DNA from: an uncultured bacterium
Lineage (GTDB): Bacteria > SAR324 > NAC60-12
Reading direction: 5' to 3'
Assembly (NCBI GenBank): GCA_965662235.1
Contig: CBFIGY010000002.1
Span: 32,001 to 96,000 of the forward strand
Length of the DNA: 64,000 bases
Made by a program: the position numbers and the translations under genes. Positions 37,515 through 47,804 of this stretch are shown here, one piece after another. Under the pieces are notes generated by a model. That model ran no database searches, was not told the origin of the DNA, and worked only from the letters and a program-made list of their open reading frames with translations. Position 1 is the stretch's first letter. Each line of letters begins with the position of its first letter.

Positions 37515-39980
37515 TCAAGAGGCAGTTGCGTGGTGATTGTCAGCAAGCAGGCGTTCCGGATCTAGGATCAGCCCCACACGGCCGTCTCCTAAAATCGTTC
37601 CTCCGGTGATGCCCGGTAGGTCCTTGAACCGTTCCCCCAGGTTCTTGACCACAATTTGCTGGCGGTGCAGCAATTCATCGACCATCAGGCCGTATTTCTT
37701 CTCTCCTTCATTGACCACCACAATCAACGACCGCACCGGGTCGGTAAACTCCGGGGTGATGTTGTAGTACTTGTACAGTCGAATGATGGGGACAATCTCT
37801 CCCGCCAACAGGAAGCACTCCTGCTGCTGGCCCTGGACGTCATAAAGTTCACTCTTACGGGGAGTAATAGTGAGATGTACATCGAGGATAGGCAATACGA
37901 AACGGCTCTCCCCCAGCCGAACCACAAGGCCTTCAATGATGGAGGTCGTCAGCGGTAACTTGATGAGGAAGCGTGTGCCAAATCCGGGGTTGCTCTCAAT
38001 GGTGATCTTCCCTCGCAGCTGGTCCACCTCACGCTTGACCACGTCCATGCCCACGCCCCGTCCTGAGACGTCGGTCACCTTCGCTGCTGTGGAAAAGCCG
38101 GCATTGAAAATGAAGTTGAACACCTGCTGGTCCGACAGGTTTTCCCGGTCGGTGGTCAGCCCACGTTCAATGGCCTTGTTGAGCAGCTTCTCCCGGACCA
38201 GCCCCTTGCCGTCGTCGCTGACCTCAATGAGGACGGAGTCGCCTTGGTGGTGGGCCCCCAAGCGCACATTCCCGGCTTCCGACTTTCCGGTGAAAGCCCG
38301 CTCATCCGAATTTTCAATGCCGTGGTCGATGGCATTCCGGACGAGGTGCATCATGGGCGCGTAGATGCCGTCGATGATGGTCTTGTCCACCAGGGTTTCT
38401 TCCCCCTCAATCGTCAGCTCAATCTGCTTCCCTGACTTGCGGGAAAGGTCCCGGACCTGGCGGTTGAGCTTGGAGAAGACGTTTTTAACGGGAAGCATGC
38501 GGATGCTGAGAATCCGGTCCCGCAGCTGCTCCGTGATCTTGTGCAGCTGATCCAAACGTTCGTGCATCATGCGGTCTTCCACCTGCTGCAACGTCGGATT
38601 CTGCGAAAGCACCGAAAGCGCAACCACCATCTCCCCAATGAACTCAGACAGTTCATCCAGCTTGGGAGCCGGAATTTTGATCATGTCCACCGTTTGCACG
38701 GCTCCTCCGGCACGCTTCTGTGCTTCCGGATGCTCCGCCTCACCCGCGCCAGAAGCCGGCTCGGCAGGAGGAGTCGACCGAGCCGGAGGCTCCGCAGCGG
38801 GTGCCGTTTGAGCCTCCGCTTGAATCGTCTTGAGGGCCTGAGCAAAGGGGTCTTCCGGAGCCTCTGCAGCAGCCGGAGCTGAGGCCGCCACGGAGGGAGC
38901 GGGTTCGGGCGGAGCCACTTGTTCATTGAGCCCCTGCAGGTCGAACTTCTCCAGAGCCTCCTGGGCGCCTTCTTCTTCCTCACGGACGATCTCTGGTTTG
39001 TAATTCGGCAGCTCGATTTCCTTCACCCCACTGAGAACGCGGCCTGAGATTTCATGCTCCTGGAGGCGGTCTCGGCCTTCTTCTGAACCGGATTCCGGAG
39101 CCGCCGTCGGGGTCGGAGCAGCGGCAGCCGGTGCTGGGGTCGGGGTCGGAGCAGCGGCAGCCGGTGCTGCGGAACCGCCGTCCAAAAGATTCTGCAGCTG
39201 CTGCCGAACCTCACCTAGGTGAACCGGTTCCGGTTCGGCTCCTCCCAGCTGGGCCTTGACCTGATCCACCATCTGCCGCAGCGCATCCACTGCTCGGAGG
39301 ACCACGTCCACGGTGTCAGCGTCCATGATGCGCTTGCCATCCCGGGCCTGCACCAGCAGGTCCTCAGCCTTGTGTGCCAGACTTCCCATCACCGACAGTC
39401 CCAGGAAGCCGGAGGTTCCCTTGATGGTGTGGACAATGCGGAAGATTGCGTTAATGGCCTGCGGGTCCTCTGGGTCCTTCTCCAGCTGCAGAAGGGTTTC
39501 TTCTGTCTTCTCCAGACCCTCTTCACACTCGCTGATGAACTCCACCAGCGTCTCGTCTTCCATCAGGTCTTCCGGGATCATCTGGACGGCGTCTGCAGGT
39601 TCTTCCGGAGCCGCGGCTTCCGGAGCCGCCTCTTCGGCGGCAGACGTGTCGTTAGAGAGCTCTTCGGGAGCCTCGATGCCGAGGAAGACAGAGTTCATGT
39701 GCTCATCGAGCTTGTTGTACCGCTCCTGAAACTCGCCGAGGATCTTTTCGTAATCGCTCCCCAGCAGGGCGGTCCCCAGCAGCTGATTCAGCGACTCCAG
39801 TTCCTGCGCCACAGCCTGCCAGCCCTCTTGGTGCCGGAGCTGATCAATCAGTTCCTCCAGATCCCGGAGGATTTCCCCCAGTGCCATGATGTCGGCCTGG
39901 TTGGGGCTCAGGGTCACAATCTTGAGATTGAGTCCGTCTCGTAGCGGTTGCAGCCGCTCTTGTAGTTCTTGATACGCCAT
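37515..39980 (-). CDS. cheA: Chemotaxis histidine kinase CheA
   Basis: Hpt IFRIVHTIKG, HLVRNAIDHGIE, DDGKG, GFST..VTDVSGRGVGMDVV, C-terminal CheW-like domain. Confidence 0.97.
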   Translation of the reverse strand: MAYQELQERLQPLRDGLNLKIVTLSPNQADIMALGEILRDLEELIDQLRHQEGWQAVAQELESLNQLLGTALLGSDYEKILGEFQERYNKLDEHMNSVFLGIEAPEELSNDTSAAEEAAPEAAAPEEPADAVQMIPEDLMEDETLVEFISECEEGLEKTEETLLQLEKDPEDPQAINAIFRIVHTIKGTSGFLGLSVMGSLAHKAEDLLVQARDGKRIMDADTVDVVLRAVDALRQMVDQVKAQLGGAEPEPVHLGEVRQQLQNLLDGGSAAPAAAAPTPTPAPAAAAPTPTAAPESGSEEGRDRLQEHEISGRVLSGVKEIELPNYKPEIVREEEEGAQEALEKFDLQGLNEQVAPPEPAPSVAASAPAAAEAPEDPFAQALKTIQAEAQTAPAAEPPARSTPPAEPASGAGEAEHPEAQKRAGGAVQTVDMIKIPAPKLDELSEFIGEMVVALSVLSQNPTLQQVEDRMMHERLDQLHKITEQLRDRILSIRMLPVKNVFSKLNRQVRDLSRKSGKQIELTIEGEETLVDKTIIDGIYAPMMHLVRNAIDHGIENSDERAFTGKSEAGNVRLGAHHQGDSVLIEVSDDGKGLVREKLLNKAIERGLTTDRENLSDQQVFNFIFNAGFSTAAKVTDVSGRGVGMDVVKREVDQLRGKITIESNPGFGTRFLIKLPLTTSIIEGLVVRLGESRFVLPILDVHLTITPRKSELYDVQGQQQECFLLAGEIVPIIRLYKYYNITPEFTDPVRSLIVVVNEGEKKYGLMVDELLHRQQIVVKNLGERFKDLPGITGGTILGDGRVGLILDPERLLADNHHATAS
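39106..39169. repeat. 33-nt-period tandem duplication in cheA linker
   Basis: GTCGGGGTCGGAGCAGCGGCAGCCGGTGCTG occurs twice, encoding APAAAAPTPT repeats. Confidence 0.85.
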
Positions 39981-40007
39981 AATCTTACCAGGCCATTACG
40001 AAGTCGT

Positions 40008-42053
40008 TCATGCGTCCGGAGGACGTTGCATGCTGGGCAGAGTAAAGGAGATCGTTGCGCCTGCCCCGATGCCGGGGGAGTCCAGGCGAATTTCGCCTCC
40101 TTGAGTACGAATGAAGTTGGCACAGTCGTGGAGGCCAAAACCGGAGCCACGTTGCTTGGTGGAGAAGCCAAACTCGAACGCTCGTTCCAGGGCAGCCGGT
40201 TCCGCGCCACGGCCATTGTCCTGAATCTCCACCTGCACCTGGTTCTCCACCTCCCGGATGCGGACGTCAATCAAGCCCTTGAAGTTCGGCTCGTCTCGGA
40301 TGCGTTCATCAAGCGCCTCCAGGGAGTTCTTGAAGAGGTTCATCAAGAGTTGCGCCATCTTGTTGGGATCGTTCCGGACGGTGGTGTTTCCCCCTTCGTA
40401 GTGCACATCCGAGTGCACCCCCCGCTTTTCAAAAGCCGGCTGCATCATCTCTAGGGCATCTGCGATCACAGACTCGATGGCATAACGTTCCTCCACGCCC
40501 TGCATGTGGGCATACTTCTGCTGCAGGGCAATGATCTCCGTAATGTGCCGGAGCTGGTGGTCCATGTAGTTGAGGATGTCTGTGAGCACCTGATTGGACT
40601 GAGTATCCTGCTGAGCCAGCTGGCTCATGAACTGCGGAATCTGCTTTCCTCGGGCGTCTTCTCGGAAGAAGTGGTCCATGTTGCCGGCAGTCAGCTGCTG
40701 CTCCAGCAACTCCTTGAGCTTGAGCAGGTAGTTGCTGTTGCTCGTCTTTGTATGTTGGTTCCGGTAGTTTTGCAAGCGAATCACCATGGGAGTGATCGCA
40801 TTGCCGATATTATGGAGGACGCTGATCGCGTTCTCCGCCATGCCGGCATTGTACGCCTGCTGCAGCTGCTTCTTCCGTTCGGTCTCCAGCTCCTGCATGG
40901 TGTGCTCAAGCTGGTCGTTCTTTTCCATCAGCTCTTCGGTCCGTTGCTCCACCCGTTCCTCTAGGAAACGGTTGTAGGTCTCAAGGCTGTTGGCCATGTC
41001 ATTGAAGGCCCGGGAAAGCGTCTGCACCTCAAAGAAGCGAGAGGGCTGCATCATGCTGTCTTCAAAGTTTCCATCTGCCAAGCGTCGGGTGAGCTGAACC
41101 AACTCGCTGATGGGGGAAACAAGGCGGTTGGAAATCAGGTAGGCCATGAGCAGCACAAAAACCATCATCCCAATCAGGAACAGCAGGACCGTCTGTTGGA
41201 ACTGACTGAAGTCAGCAAATGCCTCTTCTGCAGAGATCTCAGCCACAATGCAGAACTGGTACTCCGGCATCCAGTCATGAGAGACGTAGATCAGCTCCCC
41301 CTTCCGGTTGATGTGCTCATAGACCGGCTGGCGGTTCGTGCTGCATTCTTGGGTGACCTTCCAGAAGTCGTCCTCATGCTGCAGGCGAGGCTGCGTGATC
41401 ATGGTGCCATCGGCGCTGAGGATGAAGCTGTCCGCCGACCCCCCCAGTTTTTCGGCCAGCAGCATGATGTTGTTGAGCTGTGCCACATTGGGCTCTGCCA
41501 ACAGCCACCCCAGCTGCTCAGTCCCCTTGCCAAGCCGGTGGATCATCTGCATCACAGGGACTCCTTCCGGAGACGTCACCTTGAGTTCCAGGCCCTCGGC
41601 AGGATCCTGACTCCGCAGGAGCGAGTCCAATGAATCGACCTGGGTCCCCACCATGTCCGGTTCAGATGAGAGGACAACCCTTCCAGCGGCATTGACCACA
41701 CTGAGGGAACGCCACTCGCTCCCCAAACGAACTTGGTCCCGGAGCTCCTGACTCATGCCAAAGTCAGGCATCGCCAGAGGCAGAGGCGACTGCAAAACAT
41801 ACAGCAGCCGGGGGTTCTGTGAAAGAATCGTCAGGTCACTCTGCTTGCGCTCCACCCAGTACGAAACCGCTTGGTGCTTCAATGCAATGGTCCCGGTCAT
41901 CAGGTGCTCCAGCTGCCGCATCGTGTTCTTCTCAGCGGACACATAGGCCAGGGAGGCGCCAATGAGCCCCGGAAGCAAAGCGATGAGCATGATGGAGATC
42001 GCCAGCTCCATCCGGAGGCTGTAACGTAGGTTTATTTTTGGCCAAAGGGCCAT
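40008..42053 (-). CDS. Membrane sensor histidine kinase (dCache-HAMP-HisKA-HATPase)
   Basis: Two TMs, HAMP, LHNIGN H-box, NLFKNS, DNGRG, FSTKQRGSGFGL. Confidence 0.92.
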   Translation of the reverse strand: MALWPKINLRYSLRMELAISIMLIALLPGLIGASLAYVSAEKNTMRQLEHLMTGTIALKHQAVSYWVERKQSDLTILSQNPRLLYVLQSPLPLAMPDFGMSQELRDQVRLGSEWRSLSVVNAAGRVVLSSEPDMVGTQVDSLDSLLRSQDPAEGLELKVTSPEGVPVMQMIHRLGKGTEQLGWLLAEPNVAQLNNIMLLAEKLGGSADSFILSADGTMITQPRLQHEDDFWKVTQECSTNRQPVYEHINRKGELIYVSHDWMPEYQFCIVAEISAEEAFADFSQFQQTVLLFLIGMMVFVLLMAYLISNRLVSPISELVQLTRRLADGNFEDSMMQPSRFFEVQTLSRAFNDMANSLETYNRFLEERVEQRTEELMEKNDQLEHTMQELETERKKQLQQAYNAGMAENAISVLHNIGNAITPMVIRLQNYRNQHTKTSNSNYLLKLKELLEQQLTAGNMDHFFREDARGKQIPQFMSQLAQQDTQSNQVLTDILNYMDHQLRHITEIIALQQKYAHMQGVEERYAIESVIADALEMMQPAFEKRGVHSDVHYEGGNTTVRNDPNKMAQLLMNLFKNSLEALDERIRDEPNFKGLIDVRIREVENQVQVEIQDNGRGAEPAALERAFEFGFSTKQRGSGFGLHDCANFIRTQGGEIRLDSPGIGAGATISFTLPSMQRPPDA

Positions 42054-42085
42054 AGTCGTTCCTGGAAGTGAGAGACCGTGGGGAA

Positions 42086-43438
42086 TCAGTCGCTGATGTC
42101 GTAGATGCCGAACTCTTCAAAGTACCGGCACCGCTTCAGGTAGAGGGCAACGACCGGGTCGGCGTAGTTGGTGCCTGTGATCTGGTCAAACAGCTTGTGG
42201 GCGGCGTCTACCTGCTTACTGTGAAAGAGTCGAACGGCGTCTTCAAACACCTGACGGTTCTGATCCTTGGCGTCCCGGACGTACTCTGGGTCCGTGTCAT
42301 AGACCTCATACACTGAAACCAAGCCGTCTCGTCCAGCAACATGAGCCTGATCCACCAAGCGCATGTGGTACACACTGGGGTCCCGGAGCTGCTGGTAGGA
42401 GTGCTCACTGATGAGCAGGCCAACGCCGTATTCCTTGGTGAGGCGCTCAATGCGGGCCGCCACGTTGACGGCATCACTGACCACCGAGCCCTCCATGCGT
42501 TCATTTTCCCCAAGCGTTCCCAGCATCACCCGGCCCGTGTTGATGCCAATGCCAATCTTGATCTGCACGTACCCGGCGCGAACCCGGCCTTCGTTGTAGA
42601 CCTTCAGGGCCCGCAGCATCTCCATTGCTCCCACCAACGCATCATCTGGTCCCTGATTGAACAGGGCCATGATGGCATCCCCGATGAACTTGTCAATCAT
42701 CCCTCCGTTGCGGCGAATGACCGGCCCCATGATGCCTAGGTACGAGTTCAGAAAGCGGAAAATCTCATTGGGCGTCAGGCGTTCCGAAAGGGTGGTGAAG
42801 GAGCGGATGTCGGCAAACAAAACCGAGATATCCGCCTCAATGTGATCCCCAATGCCAACGTCCAAAATGCTGGTCTTGTTGAGCAGCTTGATGAACTCCT
42901 TGGGCACAAAACGCTCATACGCTCGGCTGAGCTGCCCAATCTGCCAGCGGTAGGCCAAGAACTGCCCCATCTGAATCAGCTCATCCGGGTCAAAGGGCTT
43001 CTTCAGCAACAAGAAGCGACTCTCTCCCAACTGCCGGGTCATCTCCACCAAAGGGGTATCGGAGTAGGCGGTCACAATGACAATCTCAATTCCCGGGCTC
43101 GCCTGGATGATCCGGTTCGCCGTTTCCAGCCCGTCAATTCCAGGGGGCATGCGCATGTCAATGAAGGCAATGGCATAGGGGCGCCCTTCCTTGAAGGCCT
43201 GATCCGCCTTTTCCACGCCCTCCAGCCCCTGATGAGCCGTGCAGATTTCAAAGGTAAAGGAGTTCGGCGGACTCACCTTGGCCACCTCCTCCGGGAGGTC
43301 AAAGATCGAGTTGGCCAGACTGTCCAAGGCCACCTGATCGGTGTCAACCGAAGGCGCCAGGATGCTCTTGCAGGACTCTAGAATCTGCGGCTCATCATCA
43401 ATGATCAGTACCCGTAAGGCTTTCACTTCATTGAACAT
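42086..43438 (-). CDS. Response-regulator receiver fused to class III adenylate cyclase
   Basis: IIDDE...FIDMRMPPG..TAY..KPF; FADIRSFT, DKFIGDAIM, GIGINTG, DAVNVAARIE. Confidence 0.92.
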   Translation of the reverse strand: MFNEVKALRVLIIDDEPQILESCKSILAPSVDTDQVALDSLANSIFDLPEEVAKVSPPNSFTFEICTAHQGLEGVEKADQAFKEGRPYAIAFIDMRMPPGIDGLETANRIIQASPGIEIVIVTAYSDTPLVEMTRQLGESRFLLLKKPFDPDELIQMGQFLAYRWQIGQLSRAYERFVPKEFIKLLNKTSILDVGIGDHIEADISVLFADIRSFTTLSERLTPNEIFRFLNSYLGIMGPVIRRNGGMIDKFIGDAIMALFNQGPDDALVGAMEMLRALKVYNEGRVRAGYVQIKIGIGINTGRVMLGTLGENERMEGSVVSDAVNVAARIERLTKEYGVGLLISEHSYQQLRDPSVYHMRLVDQAHVAGRDGLVSVYEVYDTDPEYVRDAKDQNRQVFEDAVRLFHSKQVDAAHKLFDQITGTNYADPVVALYLKRCRYFEEFGIYDISD

Positions 43439-43447
43439 CCATGCTCA

Positions 43448-46420
43448 TCACGAAAGAAGTTTCTTGTTCCGACTCCCAAGGCGGAATTGAGATACGACCT
43501 GGTTCAGCCCGGAGGCCAACCCTTTGAGTTGATTGCTGGTGGAGGCATTGGTCTCGGCGAGCTGGCTGTTTTCCTGAGTCACCACGCTCATCTGCTCCAC
43601 AGCAATGTTGATTTCATTCACGCCCAGGGCCTGATCGGCAGCAGCCGACTTGATGGACTCCATCAGCGCGGCCGTTTCAGCTGCCAGGCGCACGATCTCC
43701 TCAAGAGAGTGCTTGGTATCTTCCATGATGTTGTTGCTGGAGTCTACCTGCATCACCGACGCCTGAATCAGTTTCTTGATCTCATCAGCCGAGTCCGTGG
43801 TGTTCTTGGCCAGTCCCTGAATCTCTTCTGCCACCACGGAAAAGCCCTTGCCGTGCTCTCCAGCCCGGGCAGCTTCAATTGAGGCATTGATGGCCAGCAT
43901 CTTGGTCTGGAAGGCAATGTCGCTGATCACAGCAATGATCTTCTGGATGTTCTGAGTCGACTCCCGGATGGCCTGCATGGATCCAGAAAACTCGCTCATC
44001 TGCTGGTTTCCAGACTCTGCAGACTCGTTCATAAACGCCGCCATGCTGTTGGCCTTTTCGGCAATGTCTGCATTCTGAGCGGTCCGCTCCGAAAGCAGAG
44101 AGAGGTTGGAACTGATTTCCTCCAGCGAGGCCGCCTGCTCCGTGGTCCGTTCCGAAAGCTGGTGCCCTGCCGTCGATAGGCTTTCAGCCCCCTGAAGCAC
44201 CTCTAGCGCCGAGTTAGACACCTGCCCCAGGGCTTCGCTGAGACGCAGCATCATCAGCTTCAACGCGTCTGCCATCTTCCCAACCTCATCTTCCTGATCC
44301 ACCTCGACCTCAACCGTCAGGTCTCCCTCTTTGGCAATGGACTCTAGGGCGTCCACGCTTTCAAACAGCGGTGTGGTGATGTCTCCAGAAACCCGTTTGG
44401 CAACAAGCACCAGCAGGAACATCAATCCTGCTCCCAGCAGAACAATGGCCGCAGGAATCGGAAGGATCTTCCATACAATTTCGGCTCGGTCGATTTCTGC
44501 CAAGATGCCCCAACGGACGCCCTGAACGTTCAAAGGCGCATAAGACGAAAGGACCACGTTGCCGTTGTAGTCCGTAATGAACTCGCTCCCGGAGTTGCCC
44601 TTCAAGGCCTCTTGCGAAGCATCCGTCCGCACTCCGTTCTTCCCAACGGTTCCGGCAAACGAAGCACTCACCGAGTGATTGATGGGATCCAGGTAGGAGT
44701 TGGACCGCATGCGGAAGTCAGGCCCCACGAGGTACGTTTCACCGGTTTCCCCCATGCCGGTCCGTTCCTGCATGATGCTGTCAACAGCTTCCAACGGGAG
44801 CTGCAGGGCCACCAGCAACTGCACCTGCCGCTCCGCATCCAACACGGGCTCTGCAATGAAGGCTGCAGGAGCCCCGTTGCTGGGCGCGTAGGGTCTGAAG
44901 TCGGCAAACCCGGCCTGCTTTGTTTCCAAAACCTGTTGGGTCAAGCGCCCGAGGTTCGAGTCGGCATAACGTCCTGTCAGGAGGTTGGTGCCAAAATCGG
45001 CCTCACGCTCCACGGTATAGAAAACATGCCCGTCCGGATTGATCAAGAAGAGATCGTAGTACCCGTAAAGTCCTTTGTACTCTGCATAAAATTCAAGGCC
45101 GCTCTCCAGTTTCGGATTGAAGGCCTCCGCGACCTCCTGTTCCGCCAGAATCGCCCAGCGGTTTTCGCCAAACTGAACCGGAGCCCACGCGCTGAGCACG
45201 TAGGTGTCCCGGTACCCTCGAATGACCCCAACGCCAGACTGTCCGGCCAAGCCCTCCTGCACCGCCTTGGTCTGAACGCTCCCTGCTGCCGGTTTCCTGA
45301 AGGATGTCACCAAGGACCGGTTCACCGGGTCCATCTGCGAGTTCGAACGCATGAGAAAGTCTGCACCCACCAGGTAAGTTTCCCCGGTTTCTCCGAGCCC
45401 GGTTCGGTCGCTCATGATCTCATTGAAGCGGTCCACTGGAAACTGGAAGATCGCCACCCCCACCTTCCGGGAACCTTCAAAGACCGGGGCACCCACAAAG
45501 GCCGCCGGGGCTTGATACGAAGGCCAGTACTGCTTGAAGTCCACCAGCACCACCGGATCCGTTTGGCCTGCCTCATTGGCTCGCCGGAAGACCTCTCCAA
45601 TGTTAGAGTCGGCCACGGAACCAGTCTTTAGGGAGGTGCCGTAGTCCAGTTCCTTGAAAACGGAGTAGACGATGTCGCCGCTGCCCGAGTCCACTAGGAA
45701 GATGTCGTAGTAGCCAAACTCGCTCAGGTAGCTGCGGATGATCGGGTGGACCTGCTCATGGAGGGTGCTGTACGCGGAGCGGTCCTGGGCTCGGTTGAGC
45801 GCATCCTTGTTGCCCAGAGGATTCGGGTTGTTGGCAATGTAGAGGTACTGAGCCACCACCGAGTCGGCATCCAGTCGATCGACCAGCTGATCTACCTCAA
45901 GGGTCGCGCCTTCGTTTTCACGCTGGTACCGAGTCAGGAAGTCTTGGGTGTAGTACTCCCGGACACGCTCGCGCATCGCCGCGAGTCGCTCTGGAGTGAC
46001 TTCGTTCTCTGTGTCCAGTTCCCGGAAGGCCTCGGGGAAGGCACGCATGGCGTCCACCACCATGCGGTTCTGCGAGAAGGTCAGCATCTGCTTCTCAATG
46101 CTCTGGAGGTAGCGTTCCACCTCCAGCCGCTTGCTCTGCCGCACCGCCTCCAGCTTCGAAAGGGCTCCCGCCTGAAAGGTCGCCGCATTCTGAGTCAACA
46201 CGTTGAGGTCCTTGAAACGGTCCTCAAAGTACTGCTCCACCTGCGTCCGCTTCAGCTCCCGGACCGCATCCAGTTGCAGGCTCGCCTGCCCAAACAGCGA
46301 GGAGCTCGCCAGCCAAACACTCACGACCCCGACCACCAGCAACGGACCTCCTCCAGCGACCACCAAGAGCCAAAGGAGTTTTTGGTGCATCGGAATGTCC
46401 TTCAATCGAAAATTGACCAT
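43448..46420 (-). CDS. Methyl-accepting chemotaxis protein with duplicated dCache sensors and HAMP
   Basis: Repeated YYD.FL and GETGETYLVG.DF.MRSNS modules; [24 protein letters not shown]. Confidence 0.93.
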   Translation of the reverse strand: MVNFRLKDIPMHQKLLWLLVVAGGGPLLVVGVVSVWLASSSLFGQASLQLDAVRELKRTQVEQYFEDRFKDLNVLTQNAATFQAGALSKLEAVRQSKRLEVERYLQSIEKQMLTFSQNRMVVDAMRAFPEAFRELDTENEVTPERLAAMRERVREYYTQDFLTRYQRENEGATLEVDQLVDRLDADSVVAQYLYIANNPNPLGNKDALNRAQDRSAYSTLHEQVHPIIRSYLSEFGYYDIFLVDSGSGDIVYSVFKELDYGTSLKTGSVADSNIGEVFRRANEAGQTDPVVLVDFKQYWPSYQAPAAFVGAPVFEGSRKVGVAIFQFPVDRFNEIMSDRTGLGETGETYLVGADFLMRSNSQMDPVNRSLVTSFRKPAAGSVQTKAVQEGLAGQSGVGVIRGYRDTYVLSAWAPVQFGENRWAILAEQEVAEAFNPKLESGLEFYAEYKGLYGYYDLFLINPDGHVFYTVEREADFGTNLLTGRYADSNLGRLTQQVLETKQAGFADFRPYAPSNGAPAAFIAEPVLDAERQVQLLVALQLPLEAVDSIMQERTGMGETGETYLVGPDFRMRSNSYLDPINHSVSASFAGTVGKNGVRTDASQEALKGNSGSEFITDYNGNVVLSSYAPLNVQGVRWGILAEIDRAEIVWKILPIPAAIVLLGAGLMFLLVLVAKRVSGDITTPLFESVDALESIAKEGDLTVEVEVDQEDEVGKMADALKLMMLRLSEALGQVSNSALEVLQGAESLSTAGHQLSERTTEQAASLEEISSNLSLLSERTAQNADIAEKANSMAAFMNESAESGNQQMSEFSGSMQAIRESTQNIQKIIAVISDIAFQTKMLAINASIEAARAGEHGKGFSVVAEEIQGLAKNTTDSADEIKKLIQASVMQVDSSNNIMEDTKHSLEEIVRLAAETAALMESIKSAAADQALGVNEINIAVEQMSVVTQENSQLAETNASTSNQLKGLASGLNQVVSQFRLGSRNKKLLS

Positions 46421-46540
46421 GGGTAACCTTATCGGCTCAGCAAAGGATGGCGGGGAGTCCTCCCATTCGCACTAAAACGTTTTGGTTTCATGACGTTTGG
46501 GCTCGACGGAAGAAGATTTCGATCTATTTTGATGGAGGCC

Positions 46541-46563
46541 TCGGCCTTTGGGTCAAAGGCCGA
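46541..46563. terminator. Hairpin downstream of DUF3334 gene (no clear U-tract)
   Basis: TCGGCCTTTG-GGT-CAAAGGCCGA perfect 10-bp stem. Confidence 0.4.
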
Positions 46564-46580
46564 CTGTCAGGAGGCGGAGG

Positions 46581-47147
46581 TCAGTTGGGGATTTCAATAT
46601 CGTTGAAGCTCGCGAACTCGGTCTTCTCAATGAAGAACTCAATGTGGAAGGGGAGTTCGTCTCCGAGCTTGAAGGAGAGGCGCCGACACTGAGAGTCCAG
46701 CATGACGGTGTCCTGCACCGACAGCAGAATGGAGTCCTGCACCCAAATGGCTTTGGGCTGTTTGTTGATGGCCGAGAGGCCGTAGATGCGCTGGATCTGC
46801 TGACGGACCTGGCCACTGACCTGATTGACCAGCTCGCCAATGCTGTCCAGAACCTCTTCATGGGAGGCGTCATCAACCAGCTCTTCTTCCGGCATGCCCA
46901 TGAACATCATGGAGGTACGGTAGAAGGCCAGAGCTGATTCGGCTTCAAAGTTGACAATGATCAGCCCCGAGTAGTCGCCACCAAACTGCACGAAGCAGCC
47001 GATGTCCGGACGGAGGTGAATGGAGGGAACGCGTTGAACCGAGGGGGCCAGGTACACCGAGGACCCGGTGCTGCGTTGGATCACCTCCACGCCAGCGGTT
47101 CCAATGATCTTGGCAATGATATCGGCCGTATCCGATGCTTGACTCAT
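46581..47147 (-). CDS. DUF3334 / CheX-like phosphatase-fold protein
   Basis: LRPDIGCFVQFGGDYSGL, MGMPEEEL, GELVNQ (ExxN); adjacent to cheY. Confidence 0.8.
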   Translation of the reverse strand: MSQASDTADIIAKIIGTAGVEVIQRSTGSSVYLAPSVQRVPSIHLRPDIGCFVQFGGDYSGLIIVNFEAESALAFYRTSMMFMGMPEEELVDDASHEEVLDSIGELVNQVSGQVRQQIQRIYGLSAINKQPKAIWVQDSILLSVQDTVMLDSQCRRLSFKLGDELPFHIEFFIEKTEFASFNDIEIPN

Positions 47148-47226
47148 GAAAACTCCAAATACAGATTCGGTGGGAGAGGAGCGGTGGGGGAAGGCGACCA
47201 CGCGCCCTCCCGTGGGAATAGGTCGA

Positions 47227-47607
47227 TCAAGCGAAGATCTTGTCCAGCTTGCCCTTCATCGTCTGCGCGTCAAAGGGCTTGACGACGTAGTCGTTTACCC
47301 CGGCCTTTGCCGCTGCCACAATGTTTTCCTGGAGGGCCTCTGCGGTGACCATGAGCACCGGGATGTGCTTGAGGTCTGGATCCGCTCGGATGGTCTTGAG
47401 CAGCTCCAGACCAGACATCTTCGGCATGTTCCAGTCGGTGACCACAAAGTCGAACTGACTGGCTTTGAGTTGAGCCAGAGCCGTGGTGCCGTCATCTGCA
47501 TCTTCCACGTTGGCAAAGCCCAGCTGTTTCAAAATATTCCGCACAATTCGGCGCATTGTGGCAAAGTCGTCCACAATCAGGATCCGCATGTTGGGGTCTG
47601 CAGGCAT
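47227..47607 (-). CDS. cheY: Chemotaxis response regulator CheY
   Basis: [32 protein letters not shown]. Confidence 0.97.
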   Translation of the reverse strand: MPADPNMRILIVDDFATMRRIVRNILKQLGFANVEDADDGTTALAQLKASQFDFVVTDWNMPKMSGLELLKTIRADPDLKHIPVLMVTAEALQENIVAAAKAGVNDYVVKPFDAQTMKGKLDKIFA

Positions 47608-47653
47608 GAAAACCTCGAATATGAATAATGTTAATAGTCAACAAAGGCAGGTG

Positions 47654-47683
47654 AAGAGTAGAAGCTTGTCTACCGGTTCTCAA
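47654..47683 (-). promoter_or_regulatory. Putative sigma70 promoter of che cluster
   Basis: TTGAGA-17 nt-TACTCT(T) on the minus strand. Confidence 0.45.
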
Positions 47684-47774
47684 GTCAAAACCTGCACCGG
47701 CCCTGACTGTCTTCCCAAACCGGAACCCCCCAGCCCCCTCAAGCAGGATTGAGGCCGTTCTCTTCAAAAACCTC

Positions 47775-47804
47775 TTGACTTCCCCAAAAATACGCGGTAA
47801 CTCT
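47775..47804 (+). promoter_or_regulatory. Putative rpoBC promoter
   Basis: TTGACT-17 nt-TAACTCT, divergent from cheY. Confidence 0.5.

Noticed and set aside
46429..46436. GCCGATAA (sigma28 -10 consensus) upstream of the large MCP
   Set aside because: No TAAA -35 at the right spacing, only 8 nt from the ATG, and it overlaps the probable AAGG RBS.
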